A stretch of 64,000 nucleotides of DNA from Dicyema japonicum (Eukaryota > Animalia > Dicyemida). Both the position numbers and the translations under genes were made by a program. The stretch is from assembly GCA_011109175.1 (NCBI GenBank), contig RDEW01000001.1:1750360-1814359 (forward strand), given 5' to 3'. This document shows, one piece after another, positions 60,855 to 64,000 of the stretch. Numbering within the stretch: position 1 is the stretch's first letter; each line of letters begins with the position of its first letter. Under the pieces are notes generated by a model that saw nothing but the letters and a program-made list of their open reading frames with translations, searched no databases and was not told the origin of the DNA.

Positions 60855-61594
60855 CAGTAAAATCTCTCGAATCCGCCGCATTTTTTCAAAAATACAAAAT
60901 TCCCTATGAGAAATTCTCGAATCTGCCAATTTCTGGAATCCGCCGCATTTTTAAAAATAATTTTTTTCATTTTTTTATTATTTTATTTTTTTATTAAAAA
61001 ACTGAAAAAATTGAACTCGGAAAATCATAAACCGAGGCATGTAAAGAAATAAGCCTTAAGGATGCTATAATTTATACCTATCAAGCATGGAAAAAGCTAA
61101 ATAGTACAACAATAATAAACTGTTTTCGACATGCTAAATGGACCGGAGATTTTATTGAAGAAATTAATGACGAGTTTTCGCCTGAAACTAATCAAGAATT
61201 CGTGTCTAGACTGCAAATAAATGATCCAATTCCAGAAGATGAGTTTCTTCTCTATGAGTATACAGAGAATGAAGAGATCCTGGAAAATTTGATGAAAATG
61301 ATGAAGACAAAGAATGTATTAATTATGAAGAACAAAATAATGAACAAGTCGTTTTAGTCTATGATGCAACAAATGCTGTCTATACATTGAGGAAGTACTT
61401 TAAGCAGAAGGATGAAGTTAAAAATGTCTTTAATGTATAACTGATTATTTTAAAGGAAATTAATGCTTTCATTTTTCAATTACTCTTTAAAATTAAAAAA
61501 TGCATTTTATTAATTTATAAAAAATTAAATTTGCCTCTCGAATCCGCCGTAATTTCCCAGGCCCCAAATTTGGTGGATTCGAGAGGTTTTACTA
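60855..61594 (+). mobile_element. pogo/Tigger non-autonomous deletion derivative
   Basis: TA-CAGTAAAATCTCTCGAATCCGCC left TIR and GGTGGATTCGAGAGGTTTTACTA right TIR. Internal ISLKDAIIYTYQAWKKLNSTTIINCFRHA is the pogo C-terminus. Confidence 0.85.
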
Positions 61595-62751
61595 TTAAAT
61601 GATTCCGGCGTCCATACCAGCTCTTTTCCTGCTGTTAGTTTTGGAGTCCTGGATTAATCAACGGGGAAGGTTTTTTCTCAAATATCGGGCTCATGCATTT
61701 TGTTCTTTTTTCGTAGTGAATGACAATATCTGCTGTAAATCTTTTTAACAACATTTTCAGGAGTTTCTTGTTTGACTACATTGAGGTGCATTGTGAAAGC
61801 ACGTTCCGTATTTTTCATTACTTCATAATTCAATATCTCGCTGTTATCTTCAGATCACCATAAAGGTCTTTAAATTTTCATTTTCCTATTATATCCTGAT
61901 TATTGGGCTGTTTTCGTTTTCATGTTGGAAACCTTTGAATCCCCGAGAACAAAAAACTTCTTTAACTTCCGTATTTAATCTGTACCCATTTACAAAAATT
62001 GACGTATAACAGCCTTCACATAAGATTTTTTACCTCTTCGGTCGGACTCCCTATAGAGATGCCATACTTCTGCCAAATAAATGCATATTTATATAGATCT
62101 GGGTTTCCCCAAAACGAGGTCGGACTTTATTATATTCCGAATAACTCCTTTATGTGTGTCCTTAACGTATAAGCTATCTGTCTACCATTCCAAAGTTTAC
62201 CGATCCATGAGAGTGGCTAGCATTTGCCACGTCTAACTTAATAGCAACAGGTCTCCTACATGTTAGTGAGGCTGGGGTTACGTAGCTAACTAATATTATA
62301 TTCCATTTTGGTGGCTCACTATCTTACTACGTTTGGCTCTCTCAAACACTGTAATACTGCACGTGCTACATTCTAGGCCAATCAATTCCTGTATCTCGTT
62401 GGCGATCATTGAATCAGTTAATTTGTATCTTGTTTAGTAAATTCGTGATGTCTGGGCTTTTATGTGTTTAAAGAGGCATCATGGAATCTACGTGACTCAG
62501 AAGACACATTCAGCAGGATCCCTCCCTTCCCTGCGCAATTGTGGAGATTCCGACAGGGGATGTGATACTTGGACAAGATGTGTCCCACTCCGATGGAACC
62601 TCTTTCAAGTAAATCCGGGCATATAGGAATACCCTAATCACATATGTAGAGGACATTACTGCAACAATTACAGTAACTGAAATCCCGGGAGACAGGTCGT
62701 CCCTGTTCTCATTTCGTTTAATCCACCATCCCTTAAAGTTTTGAACTATAC

Positions 62752-62845
62752 CCCGTTCACCCCAATTCACATGACCTCAATCTAAGTAAGCAAGATCTTC
62801 CGTTCACACCAATTCACATGAAATGACCTCAAATCTAAGTAAATA
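62752..62845. repeat. Imperfect direct duplication of about 45-50 bp
   Basis: CCGTTCAC..CCAATTCACATGA..CCTCAA..TCTAAGTAA twice. Confidence 0.7.
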
Positions 62846-64000
62846 CATCCAAATAAGAGCTTCGACATTCTTTAAGGTAGACACGTGACAAAAAAGCCAG
62901 CCTCAACATAAGGGAGTGGTAAATCACCAAAATATAATATTTAAAAGGTATATGTCAATTTGGAGTGAATGCTCTGTTACGCGGAAACATCCTTATAATG
63001 ATTACGACCACCATAAAGCTAATAAAAGCAATAGTAAGGGCCACAAACATCCCCCAGTTAGACCCCGTCTTCTTGCCACGAGCCACTGTGTCCTTTAATG
63101 ACTCATAGTTTCTCTGAGCGAGATCAGCCGCCTTGTCAAGTTTCTACCAGTCACATGGAATCCCCACTTTATAGTCTGCCTGAACAATCTCTCTGCTCAG
63201 CTGGGCATTCCCTCGCAGAATAATAGACAGGTTGCTGAGCTCCTCAAATTGCACATGTTTGCCGCCATTTATAAAATTTGAGCTTTCTGAGTTCTTTATT
63301 TTTCCAGAATTTAAAATTTGTCTGAATTTTCTAATCCTGTGGTTAATGCTCTCACATTCCTTTGTATTTTTGCCAGATTTGGAGATAATGTCGTCAACAG
63401 ACTCAATATACTAGCATGAGAAATTGATTTACCTTTTTCAGTGAATCGTAGGGCAACTCGTCCATTAAAACTAATTTGTCGCATATATCAAGAATATTTG
63501 ATACTGAACTAGTAGCTGAATTCATTACACCACAAACTCAATTCTACTATTATTTAAATTTTATTTATTTTTTATTTTTTTAAAAACAAAGAATTAATTT
63601 GAACCAAATAAATAACTAAAAAATCATTAAATTTTGAAATAATATATATTGACAAAAAACATGTTAGTCAGAGGGCTGAAGCCCTAACTGCGTCGCCATT
63701 AGTTTTGGATTGCAAGCGAAAAACACTCGAATAGTCAATCGAGCGGGCTGAGATTTGGTTTCTAAGTTTTTTTAAGAATTCATAGAATGAAAGCTTAAGG
63801 GCACCAAAGTTACTATAGCAAAAAGAATAACGAAATTTATTTTCTGCTCTTATTTTAAAAATTATTTTTTATTCCCACCAGACGAACAATAATTTTAAAT
63901 TAAAGCGCGCAAAAATGTTAGAAAAAGCCCGCAAAATTAAAAAAAGAGTCTTAAGAGATATCAAACAACCAAGAAAAAAACAATTTTATTAATCCAGGAA

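Overview
AT-rich eukaryotic (animal) genomic DNA. Six recognisable protein-coding genes can be rebuilt by hand once 21-27 nt GT-AG micro-introns are allowed: a Post2-like posterior Hox gene (-), V-ATPase subunit H (-), a divergent Rho-family GTPase (+), GID8/Twa1 (-), RPS17 (+) and a K+-dependent Na+/Ca2+ exchanger of the SLC24/NCKX family (+). A spiralian-type Post2 homeodomain together with introns of mostly 21-27 nt suggests a dicyemid mesozoan or a similarly reduced spiralian (inference). Most remaining DNA is decayed mobile elements: RTE-like and jockey/CR1-like LINEs, CRE-type RLE retrotransposons, pogo, Tc1/IS630 and hAT derivatives, and two SINE-like families. Two structures stand out. 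(1) A micro-intron-containing La-module gene (La motif plus RRM, LARP4-like) is present as five or six dispersed, shuffled, decayed copies, one of them sitting between two collinear halves of a LINE that is itself inside a hAT element. (2) A monomer/dimer SINE-like repeat has a core with covarying helices in the order and spacing of an HDV-like double pseudoknot, although not all canonical catalytic features are present. All calls were made by eye with no database search, and TE boundaries are approximate.
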